A stretch of DNA of 64,000 nt from Octopus vulgaris (lineage: Eukaryota), in the NCBI GenBank assembly GCA_951406725.2, contig OX597814.1, positions 189,968,001 to 190,032,000 on the forward strand. Reading direction: 5' to 3'. Shown in pieces: positions 40,845 through 54,408 of this stretch (position 1 is the first letter of the stretch; the number at the start of each line of letters is the position of its first letter). The position numbers and the translations under genes are program-made. Under the pieces are notes generated by a model that had not been told where the DNA came from, did not search any database, and was given only the letters and a program-made list of their open reading frames with translations.

Positions 40845-40909
40845 GGTGTGTGTATCGTTGGCGAATTTCTTTCTCAGTCTTCCCTTCCTTGGACCTTTCC
40901 TTTTTCTAT

Positions 40910-40945
40910 GTTTCTGACGAAGACCTCCGCTCGAAACGTTAAATC
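40910..40945 (+). ncRNA. Minimal hammerhead ribozyme, slightly decayed, in a PLE-type terminal fragment (about 40855-41045)
   Basis: GUUU CUGACGA AGACCUCCGCUC GAAA CGU UA AAUC; palindromic AACGUU stem III; mismatches in stems I and II. Confidence 0.65.
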
Positions 40946-41070
40946 CTCCTTCTTTCTTTCATTTCCTGAGCGTCCAATAATACTACACTTGTTCCACGTC
41001 CTCGCGTCGCTGTGTTTTCTCTTTGCTCATGTTTGGATAAACTATATCTATGACTATGTGTGTCTGAGTG

Positions 41071-41136
<66 letters not shown>

Positions 41137-41294
41137 CATACAAATGGCTTTTTTTAGTTTCCGTATATCATATCCACTCTCAAGGGCCTTGCTCAGACCG
41201 GAGATATAAAAGGTAGCACACATTTGAACCGAACTCCAAACCAGATTATTGGCAAACAAGTTACTTGCATGCAGAGGCACACCTGCGCCTATAT

Positions 41295-41295
<1 letters not shown>

Positions 41296-41342
<47 letters not shown>

Positions 41343-41357
41343 ACAGACAAACAAACG

Positions 41358-41436
<79 letters not shown>

Positions 41437-41540
41437 GGATGGATGGATGGATGGATAGGTACATAGATGGATGGATAGATAGATGGATGGATAGGTACAT
41501 AGATGGATGGATAGGTAGATAGATAGATAAATAGATACAC

Positions 41541-41601
<61 letters not shown>

Positions 41602-41614
41602 CATACATACATAC

Positions 41615-41671
<57 letters not shown>

Positions 41672-41690
41672 CAGACATATAGATAGATAT
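41296..41690. repeat. (CA)n + (GATA)n/(GATG)n microsatellite
   Basis: Direct inspection. Confidence 0.95.
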
Positions 41691-42157
41691 ATTGGTAGGT
41701 AGGTCGGTAGATCTGACTTTAAAGAGTCTATATCACATATATAATTATATACATATATAAATGTACGTACATAACTCGTTGCAGTCATGTGTTGATCTGT
41801 CTGTCTTTAGATGTCTGTGCGTCTGTTTCTGTGTATGAGTGAGAGAGAGAGAGGAGGTGCGCGCATGCATGTGCGTGTGTACGTTTGTCTGTAGTGTTTG
41901 TACGACTTATGTTCTACGGTTGTTATATTTTCTTTTTTGTGTGTGTATGGTTACATATTCAAATTATTAATACAACTCAAGACAGGGAAATTCATGTGTA
42001 GATTCTTTCAAATTATCATTTAATTCTCAGTATGGTTAATTAACGGATTGATTAATTTTCCTGTTGAGGTCTTGCTGCTTTTATCATATACGATTTCAAT
42101 TTCGTGATTTATTTCTATCGTCATTTAAAAAATAATTTTCTTTTTATTTTCACGCAG

Positions 42158-42218
<61 letters not shown>

Positions 42219-42585
42219 CACTTACACATACACACATACATTACAGGCATGCATAAACGCACATGTCAATTCACAAACGTTTAATTCGAACTTTAAGTAT
42301 AAGCTTTATATTCATATCTCTAGTATTCGTATGACATACTTACAAACACACAAATATACTCGTATAAATGCACATAGCTACGTGCGGCGTCACACGCACA
42401 TTCAGCTGGGCCACGTATATTTATATACACACGTCCAAAGACGCATTAACGACACAGACTCACAAACATAGAATGAATATACACATTCACAGAAACATCA
42501 CAAAAACACTATATATAGTTTTACTTTCATATACTTAAATATACATTTTCTCAAAACATTACATATATAGACAAAAAAATATAGG

Positions 42586-42622
<37 letters not shown>

Positions 42623-42767
42623 GCACATATATATATGTATCTATATGTATATATATATATATATGTATATATGTATATAAATATATATATATTTATATAT
42701 ATTTATATATATGTATGTATATATGTATATAAATATATATATATATTTATATATATGTATGTATATA

Positions 42768-44191
42768 CATCAAGGTATTTGAGAGGGTGGTGAGATCTCA
42801 AATAACCCAATTTCTGGAAAGCAACAGACGGCTGATCTCCAACCAACATGGGTTCCGTAATGGAAGGGACTGCCTAACGCAGCTCCTGCATCACTTTGAG
42901 GACATTTTGAGAGCTTTGGGAGAGGGCTCCAACACCGATGTCATCTACCTTGATTTCAGTAAGGCCTTCGACAGGGTCGATCACAAGATCCTATTGAAAA
43001 AATTATCCAACATTGGTGTCTCTGGAAAGTTACTGAAATGGATTAAGTGTTTCCTGACAGACAGATCTCAACATGTTGTAGTTGAAGGGGTAAAATCAAG
43101 CCCAGCCAAAGTCAGTAGTGGCGTTCCGCAAGGCACTGTGCTGGGCCCACTTCTTTTCATCATTTACATTAATGACATTAATGACATCATCAAGCACAGC
43201 AACATAAAAATCTTTGCAGATGACTCCAAGCTACAGAAGGTCATAAATGAGGCGAGTGACCGGACATGCCTTCAGTCAGATCTACTGGCTGTTATCCAAT
43301 GGGCAGAAAAAAACAATATGCTGCTGAACGAGGATAAATTTGAGCTAATCCACTTTGGAAAAGAGGATGCCCTGAAACTCCCATACTCCCTTCCTTCAGG
43401 TGAAACTCTCACGGCGTCCAACAACATCAGAGACTTGGGAGTAATTGTGGACAACAACGTAAGCTGGGCCACTCATATAAACACCAAAGTTGACATGGCC
43501 CGCAGAATGTGTTCCTGGATTCTCAGAACTTTCCAGTCGAGAGATATCCACACCATTATCCTTCTCTTCTCCACTTTTGCCCGACCCCACCTTGAATACT
43601 GTTGTCCACTGTGGTCTCCCCACACAATACAAGGTATCATAAAAGTCGAAGCACCTCAAAGGGCAATCACAAAAAAGATAGATGGCATGACAGGCCTCGA
43701 CTATTGGGGTCGACTAGAAAAGCTAAAACTCTATTCTCTCCAACGTCGTCGTGAGCGCTACATCATCTGCATGATGTGGAAAATATTCCATCAGCATTGC
43801 CCAAATGATGTTGGCATCACCTTTAAGGTACATCCAAGGCTTGGGCCCCGTGCCATCCGCCCAAAACAAAAATCGCACTCTCATCTCATAACAACAATAC
43901 GGCACAATTATTTCACCTCAATTGGCCCCGCTCTCTTTAACATTACACCAAAACACATTAAAACAGAAACTGACCCTATAGGGTTCAAGAAGTATTTGGA
44001 CAGATTCCTTCAAGAAATCCCGGATAAACCCCCTACACCCGGATATGTCTCTGTAAACAATAACTCTCTACTTGAGTGGGCCATAGTGCCCAAATTCTGA
44101 CTTGAAAGACTTCACCAGGTGGTGCTATTAAGTTAGACATGGCCTGGGCCAATAATGGCCGAAACCTATCAAAGTATCAAAGTATCAAAGT
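42768..44191 (+). mobile_element. 5'-truncated CR1-like LINE with short 3'UTR and (ATCAAAGT)n tail
   Basis: RT ORF, GGCC-AATAAT-GGCC stem-loop in the 3'UTR, three octamer tail repeats, duplicated AT-rich flank. Confidence 0.92.
42769..44100 (+). CDS. LINE ORF2 fragment: reverse transcriptase + C-terminal region (5'-truncated, no stops)
   Basis: [52 protein letters not shown] motifs. Confidence 0.92.
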   Translation: MKVFERVVRSQITQFLESNRRLISNQHGFRNGRDCLTQLLHHFEDILRALGEGSNTDVIYLDFSKAFDRVDHKILLKKLSNIGVSGKLLKWIKCFLTDRSQHVVVEGVKSSPAKVSSGVPQGTVLGPLLFIIYINDINDIIKHSNIKIFADDSKLQKVINEASDRTCLQSDLLAVIQWAEKNNMLLNEDKFELIHFGKEDALKLPYSLPSGETLTASNNIRDLGVIVDNNVSWATHINTKVDMARRMCSWILRTFQSRDIHTIILLFSTFARPHLEYCCPLWSPHTIQGIIKVEAPQRAITKKIDGMTGLDYWGRLEKLKLYSLQRRRERYIICMMWKIFHQHCPNDVGITFKVHPRLGPRAIRPKQKSHSHLITTIRHNYFTSIGPALFNITPKHIKTETDPIGFKKYLDRFLQEIPDKPPTPGYVSVNNNSLLEWAIVPKF

Positions 44192-44684
44192 ATATGTATA
44201 TAAATATATATATATTTATATATATGTATGTATATATATACATGTATGTATATATATACATGTATGTATCTATATGTATGTATGCATATATATATACATA
44301 TATATATGTATGTATATGCATATATATATGTATATATATATATATATATATCTGTCTAGATATATATGTATATATATGTATATATATGCGTATATATATA
44401 TCTATGTATATATATATGTATCTATACATATATGTATATGTATGTGTGCGTATTTGATATACACACACACACAAACATACATATAATGACCTGGAGGTGG
44501 GAGGTGGGATGTGTGCGTGTGTCATTTATAATTGAAAGAAATATTATACTAAACTATATCATAATGAGCACAGCAGGTGTAAAAGCGCCTTTCAACATCA
44601 TACCGCTGCTTTAACTACTACTACTGATGATGATGATGATGCTACCACTACAACTACTACTGCTAGTAAAATTAATAACTGTAC

Positions 44685-44724
<40 letters not shown>

Positions 44725-44742
44725 GTTATTATTATTTTTATT

Positions 44743-45040
44743 AAGACGGCTAGCTGGCAGAATCGTTAGCACGCTGGACGAAATGCGTAGCGGTATTTCG
44801 TCCGTCGCTACGTTCTGAGTTCAAATTCCATCGAGTTCGACTTTGCCTTTCATCCTTTCGGGTTCCATGAACTAAATACCAGTTACGCACTAGGGTCGAT
44901 GTAGTCGACTGAATCCCTTCTCCCAAATTTGATACCTTGTGCTTCCAGCAGAAAGATTGTTATTATTATTATCATTATTATTATTATTATTATTATCATT
45001 ATTATTATTATTATTATTATCATCATTATTATTATTATTA

Positions 45041-45098
<58 letters not shown>

Positions 45099-45312
45099 GC
45101 GGCGAGTTGGCTTAATCATTAGCTCGCTGCACGAAATGCTTACCGGTATTTCGTCTGCCGTTACGTTCTGACTTCAAATTCCGTCAAGGTCGACGTTGCC
45201 TTTGATCCTTTTGGGATTGATAAATTAAGTACCAGTCAAGTACTGGGGTCTATGTAATCGACTTACCCCTCCCCGCAAATTTCAGGCATTGTTTGCCCAT
45301 ATTAGAATGGAT
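44743..45312 (+). mobile_element. Two SINE family A copies separated by (TTA)n
   Basis: Copies at about 44743-44957 and 45097-45312. Confidence 0.8.
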
Positions 45313-45333
45313 TATTATTATTGTTGTTGTTGT

Positions 45334-45735
45334 TACTCTTTACTCTTTTACTCCTTACTCTTTTACTTGTTTCAGTCATTTGACTGCGGCCATGCTGGAG
45401 CACCGCCTTTAGTCGAGCAACTCGACCCCGGGAGTTATTCTTTTTGTAAGCCCAGTACCTATTCTATCGGTCTCTTTTGCCGAACCGCTAAGTAACGGGG
45501 ACATAAACACACCAGCATCGGTTGTCAAGCAATGCTAGGGGGACAAACACAGACACACAAACAAACACACATATATACGACAGGCTTCTTTCAGTTTCCG
45601 TCTACCAAATCCACTCACAAGGCATTGGTCGGCCCGGGGCTATAGCAGAAGACACTTGCCCAAGATGCCACACAGTGGGACTGAACCCGGAACCATGTGG
45701 TTGGTTAGCAAGCTACTTACCACACAGCCACTCCT
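45334..45735 (-). mobile_element. SINE family B
   Basis: Full-length homologue. Confidence 0.9.
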
Positions 45736-45778
45736 GTTGTTATTATAATTATTATTATTACTATTATTATTATTATTA

Positions 45779-45837
<59 letters not shown>

Positions 45838-45839
45838 GT

Positions 45840-46090
45840 GGATCGCGTGGCTTAGTGGTTAGGGTATTAACATCATGATCATAAGATTGTGGTTTCTTTT
45901 CCTGGACGGGCGACGCGTTGTGTCCTTGAGCAAAACACTTCATTTCACGTTGCGCCAGTTCACTCAGCTGGCAAAAATGCGTAATGCTGCGATGGACTGG
46001 CGTCCAGTCCAGCTGGGGAACACATACGCCATAGAAACCGGGAAACCGGGCCCATGAGCCTGGCTAGGCTTTAAAAGGGCGCATTTATTT
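45840..46090 (+). mobile_element. SINE family D2
   Basis: tRNA head, CORE-like segment, GCTGCGATGGACTGGCGTCC domain. Confidence 0.85.
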
Positions 46091-46095
46091 CATCA

Positions 46096-46145
<50 letters not shown>

Positions 46146-46630
46146 GCAGCTGGCTAGCAGAAACTTTAGCACGCCAGGCAAAATTCTTAGCAGCAATTTA
46201 TCCGAGTTCAAATTCTGTCGAGGTCCACTTTGTCTTTCATCCTTTCGAAGTCGATAAAATGAGTTCCTGTTGAGTGCCGGGATCAATGTAATCAATTAAT
46301 TGATGGCCTTGTACCAACATTTCAAACCAACACTTGTTACAGTAAGGGCCAATAAAGAAACGGGAAAAATATGACTACCTTTTAAAAAAGACTTCCCAAA
46401 AACTAACAGCCAAGTAAGTAGGGGATTTTAGCCAGAGAAAGAAATGAATTAAAATAAGCCGCTGCAGCCATTAAAAACAGTTGTAAATCTAGAGAAATGC
46501 ATTGAAGGAAGTCAACAAATATAAAATAGAGATGGATGTATCATATAATTGTGAGGTGGAGTGAGAAACAAATCGCTGAAACGAGTAGTAACTTGGGTGA
46601 AAATGTGACAGTAGAATGTTATGCTTAGTT

Positions 46631-47050
46631 ACTCTTTTACTCTTTCACTCTTTTACTTGTTTCAGTCATTTGACTGCGGCCATGCTGGAGCACCGCTTTT
46701 AGTCGATCGAATCGACCCCAGGACTTATTCTTTGTAAGCCTAGTACTTATTGTATTGCTCTTTTGCCGAACCGCTAAGTTACGAGGACGTAAACACGCCA
46801 GCATCGGTTGTCAAGCGATGTTGGGGGGGGGGGGGACGCAGACACACAGAAGAATGCACACATATTTATACATATACATATATACGACGGGCTTCTTTCA
46901 GTTTCCGTCTACCAAATCCACTCACAAGGCTTTGGTCGGCCTGAGGCTATAGTGGAAGACACTTGCCCAAGGTGCCACGCTGCGCAGTAGGACTGAACTC
47001 GGAACCATGTGGTTCGTAAGCCTATTTACCACACAGCCACTCCTGCGCCT
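46631..47050 (-). mobile_element. SINE family B
   Basis: Full-length homologue. Confidence 0.9.
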
Positions 47051-47161
47051 ATAAATTAAAATAAATTAAAATAAGCCGCAACCATTAAAAATAGTTGTAA
47101 ATCTGGAAAAATGTATTTAAGAAAGTCAACAAATATAAAATAGAAGCGGATGTATCATATA

Positions 47162-47501
47162 TATTTCTTTACTGCCCACAAGAGGCTAAACATAGAGGGG
47201 ACAAACAAGGACAGACAAAGAGATTAAGTCGATTACATCGGCACTAGTGCGAAAATGGTACTTTATTTATCGACCCCGAAAGGATGAAAGGCAAAGTCGG
47301 CCTCGGCGGAATTTGAACTCAGAACGTAAAGACAGACGAAATACCTATTTCTTTACTACCCACAAGGGGCTAAATACAGGTGACAAACAAGGACAGACAA
47401 ACGGATTAAGTCGATTACATCGACCACAGAATGTAACGGCAGACGAAATACGGCTACGCGTTTCGCCCGGCGTGTTAACGTTTCTGCCAGCTCGCCGCCT
47501 T
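47162..47501 (-). mobile_element. SINE family A dimer with internal deletion
   Basis: 18-bp TSD AAGCGGATGTATCRTATA at 47144-47161 and 47502-47519. Confidence 0.88.
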
Positions 47502-47711
47502 AAGCGGATGTATCGTATAATTGTCAGGTGGATGGAGAAACAAATCGTTGAAACTTGATAGAAACAAGTCACTATCATGGTCAATACCTGACAAAACCTG
47601 ACAAAAGTTCAGATATTTATTCCTATTTCTTCACTCACTTCACCGGCCCCAACTCAAAAGATGCAAAGTCGTTGCATTAGCGACAGTATCAGCGGTACTT
47701 TAAAATTAAAT

Positions 47712-48120
47712 ACTCTCTTTACTCTTTTACTTGTTTCAGTCATTTGACTGCGGCCATGCTGGAGCACCGCCTTTAGTCGAGCAAATCGACCCCGGGACTT
47801 ATTCTTTGTAAGCCCAGTACTTATTCTATCGGTCTCTTTTTGCCGAACCGCTAAGTGACGGGGACGTAAACACACCAGCATCGGTTGTCAAGCAATGCTA
47901 GGGAGACAAACACAGACACACAAATACACACATACATACATATATATACATATATACGACAGGCTTCTTTCAGTTTCCGTCTACCAAATCCACTCACAAG
48001 GCTTTGGTCGGCCCGGGGCTATAGCAGAAGACACTTGCCCAAGATGCCAGGCAGTGGGACTGAACCCGGAACCATGTGGTTGGTTAGCAAGCTACTTACC
48101 ACACAGCCACTCCTGCGCCT
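47712..48120 (-). mobile_element. SINE family B
   Basis: Full-length homologue. Confidence 0.9.
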
Positions 48121-48262
48121 AAATTGTTCAAATCTTTGATTTCCTTCGTTATCTATTTTCACTCTGCGTTCTAATTCCTCATCTACTATCTCTAACACTA
48201 CAGTCAACTTCTTAGATGTCTCCATCCATCGTCTTTTACCAATACCACCTGTCTATTTGATG

Positions 48263-48522
48263 GAGGCGCATGGCTTAGTGGTTAGAGTGTCAGCATCATG
48301 ATATTAAGATTGTGGTTTCGATTCCTGGACCGGGCGACGCGTTGTGTTCTTGAGCAAAACACTTCATTTCACGTTGCTCCAGTCCACTCAGCTGGCAAAA
48401 ATGGGTAACGCTGCGATGGACTGGCGTACCGTCCAGCTGGGGAACACATACGCCATAGAAACCGGGAAACCGGGCCCATGAGCCTGGTTAGGCTTTAAAA
48501 GGGCGCATTTTTTTTTTATTTA
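48263..48522 (+). mobile_element. SINE family D2
   Basis: Homologous to 45840-46090; CCTGTCTAT duplicated in the flanks. Confidence 0.85.
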
Positions 48523-49199
48523 TTTGCCTGTCTATATGTCTGTCCCCGCTACTTTAGTTTTCCTCATCTCACGCTACTCACAGTAAATTAGATATTACCT
48601 CGCAATATTTTCTTTTCCACCGCCTCTGTACGATAAATTTGAGGCAAAATCTCATGGGAAGTTCTACCCAGTGTAGTAAGGTTTTACTGATATGGATGAA
48701 TACATAAACTCTTCATATTCTGGATTTCCTATGTCATAAATAAATTGCGAACAATGAGAAATACATAAACTAATACCCTCTCTTCTAAAACAAGGACATT
48801 TCACATTATCTCTTTACTGTTATTCACCACTTTTAAGTGGCCTGCTAAACGTTATTGTACTCAAATTTAAATATTATAGGGTTGCTGTCCCATAACTTCT
48901 GAATTCATCCCTTCAAAAGAATGACAGGCAACATTAATCATGTTAGGATTTGAACTCAGAACGAAAGAGCCGGATGAAATACCAGAAAACATTTTTGACG
49001 TTCTAATGGTTCTGCCAATCTAAGGATCAACGTTTGGAGGAGGCAAGAAAAGAAGGATTCTTTATGCCTAATGGGAACCCTTTAACCTAGATTGGCACCC
49101 AGTTACTGATAGTTTCTCAATAAAAAAAGAACCCTTATTGTTGTGTTACTCATCACCAGCAATAATTCCTCAAAATAGAAAGAAATTCAACACTGAACC

Positions 49200-50712
49200 A
49201 GGCAACATCAACGGTATAAACAAAAATGGAATATCGGAAGAAGGTATAGTCTGGTAGGCGAATGCTGCTAGACGGATCGTCATTCAATACTTGTTTGATG
49301 AAGGACTTATGGCCAGCGGAGATGGATCAAGACAGATTACATGCATTTGAATGACAGCCATTTGAGAACTAAGGTTGAAGAAGAAAGCTCATGCACTCGA
49401 TGATGAAATGTTTGTTTGTTTGAGTTGGCACAAAACAAGTAAAAGCAAACACACGATCCATGGAAGATAGTGGCTAACACAAGTTGAAATAAAGATCAAT
49501 CAAAAAATCAATGAGGACGCGTTGGGGATCGGTCAAGGAGTAAATGAAGACATCATACAGGCTGAACACTATAAATTTCATGGAAAGAAAGGAAATAAAT
49601 ATTGAACCAGAACATACCAGCTTTGTAAGCGATGAAGTTGGGCTTGGCAACAATATACATTTGATGGAAAGACATTTAAATTATACGATCAAGGGAAAAT
49701 GCTTAATATGTAAAGATTTGAAAGGCGAAAAGCGAAATATTTTGACACGATTAAAAGAAATTCTAAATAATTCAGAAACCAAAAGCCATTATACTTGAGA
49801 CAGATTAACAGAGGCAAATTCTTAGTTGAAACCTAAAAAGTTGAAGCTGTATAAGAACATATAATTATAAACATGACATTACTGACATCCATAATTTAAT
49901 GTGCCGCTGCGGTTGATGTGGAAGAAAGATTGAATGTGAAACACGTCGATATAAAAAAAGTGAAACAAGATTCATGGTGGGAAAGATGGATTGAAAGGTG
50001 CATAAAAATATTGAGGCCTGGGTCAGGTTGAAAGCTGGAATAAAGGCAACTTTCGAAAAGTAGAAAAGGCTTATCTTAAGTGAAAGCACAGCATATATAT
50101 ATGAAAAGCTTTACCTTAGTGTTAGGAAGTATGAAGCAATGATTTCGTACAAATCCGACCGGGACAAAGCATCATACTGAGAGAGCAATCTAAGTGTAAC
50201 AGACTATTTTTAGTCAAATCAGGAACAGGTTTACCATAACATTTAAGGAGATACAATACAAAATTTGACACTTCATACAAATAGATTCAAGAGAATTTTA
50301 AGTAGGAATATGGATGTCCTTCAGTGCACATGTTAAAATAGCAGATTGGATAAAACCGATTAAAACAGAGTGACAATGCAAAGTAGAAAACTCCAATGAC
50401 TCTAACTAGAGACAATATCCTGTAACAGATAAATATTATGCCAAATGGAAAAGTTCCAAGCCTAGATGGGATGGAAACACTTTGGACGTAAAATCAAAAT
50501 CCTTACACTGCCCAATTGAAGATTATTAACATGAATGTGTGATACAAGGAAATGTATCAGAGTGGATGTCTGAGGGAAGAACTGCTTTGATATAAAAGAT
50601 AAAGTGAAAGGATATGCATTAGGAAATTATCGTCTTATTATGTGCAACTGCTTCATTCAGTTATGTAAGTTACTAACAGGCATTTTTGATGGGAAAACAC
50701 ACAAACATTTTA
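49200..50712 (+). pseudogene. Degenerate N-terminal/RT-proximal part of a Dong/R4-like LINE
   Basis: Fragments WWERWIE, MPNGKVPSLDG, EWMSEGRTALI*KDK, GNYRLIMC, KLLTGIF with many stops and frameshifts; left boundary uncertain. Confidence 0.7.
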
Positions 50713-50722
50713 TGTAGAGTAT

Positions 50723-50957
50723 CAAGGCGGCGAGCTGGCAGAACCGTTAGCACGCCGTGCGAAATGCGTAGCCGTATTTCGTCTGCCGTTACGTTCTGCG
50801 TTCAAATTCCGCCGAGGTCAACTTTGCCTTTCATCCTTTCGGGGTCGATAAATAAAGTACCGGTTATGCACTGGGGTCGACGTAATCGACTTAATCCCTT
50901 TGTCTATCTTTGTTTGTCCCCTCTATGTTTAGCCCCTTGTGGGCAATAAAGAAATAT
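50723..50957 (+). mobile_element. SINE family A monomer
   Basis: Complete head to GAAATA tail. Confidence 0.9.
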
Positions 50958-51510
50958 ATATTGTTAAATATTGAAGAGAAGATGTGGAGGAAACACAAAA
51001 AATCACCCAGGATCAGCAAGCGCATCCCAAAAGAGATATGATATGATGAGATGATCTTGTATTCTTTGGTGTAGCTGAAAATCTCGTCAATGCCTTCAGC
51101 GACTGTATGAAAAATCACTGGGATGTGTTGCTATAGAAACGTTTATTAATCCTGTTATTTGTTATCGCGTTAATACAATGACTTAGTGTAAAAACGCTAT
51201 GAGCAATAGGAGAGGCCAACAATGGCACAAAACGTTTCATTGATCATTGCTGCATAAGATCAACGTCAAGTTAAAAATTCTACAACAATATGTTTACTAA
51301 ACCAGAACGCTGCTGTCGATACCAAATGATAGCTTTATGATTTAATATACGAACGCTTTTTCTGGTTTCTCAGTAATCTCTCAATGATAGTGTATATCCA
51401 CGGATATGTGGGTAACATTTGGTAATAACATTGACAACTGAAGTAAACATGCACTGGTGTATGATAATGATAAGACTGTTATAATGTGTATCACTCAGAT
51501 GTAAAAGTTA

Positions 51511-51564
<54 letters not shown>

Positions 51565-51567
<3 letters not shown>

Positions 51568-51754
51568 GATGTACTCGCATAGCAAGTAATTTGATCTGAG
51601 ATTGTTAGCTGAAACGAAAACAATTGCAGCGTGGAAGGTGTTTGTAAGCCATTTAAGAAACACACAAAAGCCGTTCGATTCACTTCAAATTAATGTTGAA
51701 TCGTAGGGTTTTTGTGCGTTTCTTAAATGGCTTACAAACACCTTCCACGCTGCA

Positions 51755-51759
<5 letters not shown>
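51565..51759. mobile_element. Fold-back relic flanked by (TA)n, same family as 22395-22623
   Basis: About 60-bp inverted arms at 51620-51681 and 51697-51759. Confidence 0.7.
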
Positions 51760-51808
<49 letters not shown>

Positions 51809-51809
<1 letters not shown>

Positions 51810-52258
51810 CCCTTTCACGCTTATTCGTTCGTTCCACTCTTCGTTCTTTCTTTCCCCTTCTCTCACATTTCTTTGCCTTCGCTTCTTGCTCACTTTCCCT
51901 CCACTTTTCACTTCGCAGTGTCCCTGTCAATTTTTCTCGCCCCTCCTTAATTCTTCTGTCTCTCTCTGCTTCTACTTCTCTCTTTTCTCTTCTCTTCCCA
52001 CGTACCTGGCGTTCGGCCAAGCCTCTTCTTTCTTTCTTAGTCTGGCCGTTGTCCGTGCAACATCGATATTCCTCCCTGTGTTTGTGAAATATTCAATCCC
52101 TGCCGTAAGGCTTCATTTCCACACACGTCCGTTTTTTTTCCGTCCTTGTTTTTGTATACATTCGCTGCTTTCTTCCAAGGAATCTAATGCTCTTAGCCTA
52201 GTTTTTCCTTGGGACTGGCCAGATTAGAGCAATCTCAAGTATAATCAGCCGAGAGCGT
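51809..52258 (+). mobile_element. Second copy of the 21350-21710 repeat family with a pyrimidine-rich upstream part
   Basis: Shared segment of about 130 bp; starts at (TA)n. Confidence 0.55.
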
Positions 52259-53554
52259 AATCAATTCTAATAATAATTAGCGTGCTGTGTAGCATAAATT
52301 TAAACAGAAAATTATAAACACAGTTCTGGGGGAGAATCACAGTTTTACGAAGTGAAACTGTTGTGTTGTGATGATCTTTCTTAGATAACAAATTATAGTG
52401 TTTTTCAACATCTTGCTAACCTGGTCGAGACTCAATTTTATGTATTTGTTTTGCATGATTCGTGTTATTAAATCGTGTGTTGAAACAGATATTTTTATAC
52501 TTGGGGATGGCCATATTTTGCCGATTAAACTCACGCACTATATATTTGGTCTTCACTTCAGCTTTATTTTTGTTCTTTATTTTTGTCTGATATCTTTCTT
52601 CACATATCCTGTGAACTTTTCAGTGATTCACCATCTCACAAAGGCAAAAATTTGCAAATAAACCCAAAAGTAATCCCGCAAAACACAATCCATATTCTGC
52701 ATCACACAACATTTTTTTTAATAACACAAATCACATGACACATATTCTGAATTTTAACAATACTCTTCTCGTAGTAGACACTCAGTAACCTCCGTTAAGC
52801 TATCTCGACAATTAAACGTAACGCTATAAAGAACCTGCAGAACAACGAAACAAATCCTGCAACACAGCAAATTAGATATGACAAAAATATTTAATTCCTT
52901 CCTAATTATGCTACAAAATCTCGGTTTTCTGAGTTCGGTAAAGTGACAAAGGGTGCATTAACTAGGAATTCCGTCAAGATCCTTAATTTTTCTGGTCATA
53001 TGGTATTATTATGAATGCTTTCAAAAGTTTTTTCTTTCATAGACATTTATTCATGTCATTCGTAAGTGTTCTTCATGTTTGAAGGGTTACATCAAAATAT
53101 TATATTTCTCAGCTAGGCATTAGTTGCATCTTTTTCACGGATTGGAATATATTGCAGTTTCAGCTATGTAATTAATAACAGAGTATTACATTCTCCATAG
53201 CTGAGAATATAATGGATTAAGAAAGATATAGCTTATGTCTGGATGAGAGATATACTATAAAGCAGCTCTTCGAACTATTTAACAAAATACCCGAAATACA
53301 AACAGGAATAAACACAAATGCATTGAAATAAAAAGATGGAATATATTGTGTCTCAAGATCTGAAGGAGTGAGTATGCTGTATGTACCTGGATATGAATGT
53401 GTGCTTCCTTAGCGCTATATAGATCCTTTCGATAGCAACCGTGATTGTTATCTTACTTTTATTGACCAACACTTTTGTAAGTCGTTTGCTATTAAGCAAA
53501 CAGGATGTGACATTGCCGCAACAGCATTCCAGTGATTTTTAATATAAATACACA

Positions 53555-53616
<62 letters not shown>

Positions 53617-54021
53617 TACACAACGTGTACACTCGTATACATGCATATGTGTCACTCATATGTGGAGACATAAAAAGACACAAAACCAGTCCCAACACAA
53701 CTCTATCAACGCTGGAAGCATCATCAAGTCTTCCGAATTTATCCTTGGCCCTCAACCTGAAAATCCTCTGAAAAAAAATTGTTTAAGCTTAATCGTCGAT
53801 TTTTATTGTATCTGCCAGAACACCTCCCTAACGCTCTGCAGAACGCAATATTGGACGTCCTATTAATTGTATGGTCCACCTGGTAATGAATTGAGAACAT
53901 TCAAGGTATCAAGCACGTCTTTGAGCAATCCAGGGCAGGTCTTTTACAGTGGCTAACTGTCTCTACAATGTCCTACCCACTTTCCAGGAATGTCTACTGA
54001 AGACTTAGACTCAATGATAAT

Positions 54022-54408
54022 AATGGTTTCAAATTTTGGCACAAGGCCAGCAATTTTTCACAGGAAGAGGAAGTCGATTGGAACGATCCCAACACTTGAC
54101 CGGTACTTATTTTATCGATCTAGAAACGATGAAACGCAAAGTTGGCCCCGGCGGAATTTAAACTCAAAACACAAAGCGTTCTGCCAGCTCGCTGTCTTAG
54201 CCTCAGTGATAATGATATTGGTTTCAAATTCTGACACAAGGCCAGTAATTTCGGGGAATGGGGGTAAGTGCTCAACTGGAACTTATTTTATCAGCCCCGA
54301 AAGGAGTGAAAGGAAAAGTCGACTTCGGTGGAATTTGAACTCAGAACGTAAAGACGGACGAAATGCTGCTAGGCATTATGGACCGGCATGCTAAAGACTT
54401 TGCCTTAG
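54022..54408 (-). mobile_element. Two diverged SINE family A copies
   Basis: About 54022-54198 and 54218-54408. Confidence 0.7.

Noticed and set aside
53690-54000. Possible degenerate LINE RT C-terminal fragment
   Set aside because: Only weak motif hints (IVWSTW..IENIQ) across several frameshifts.
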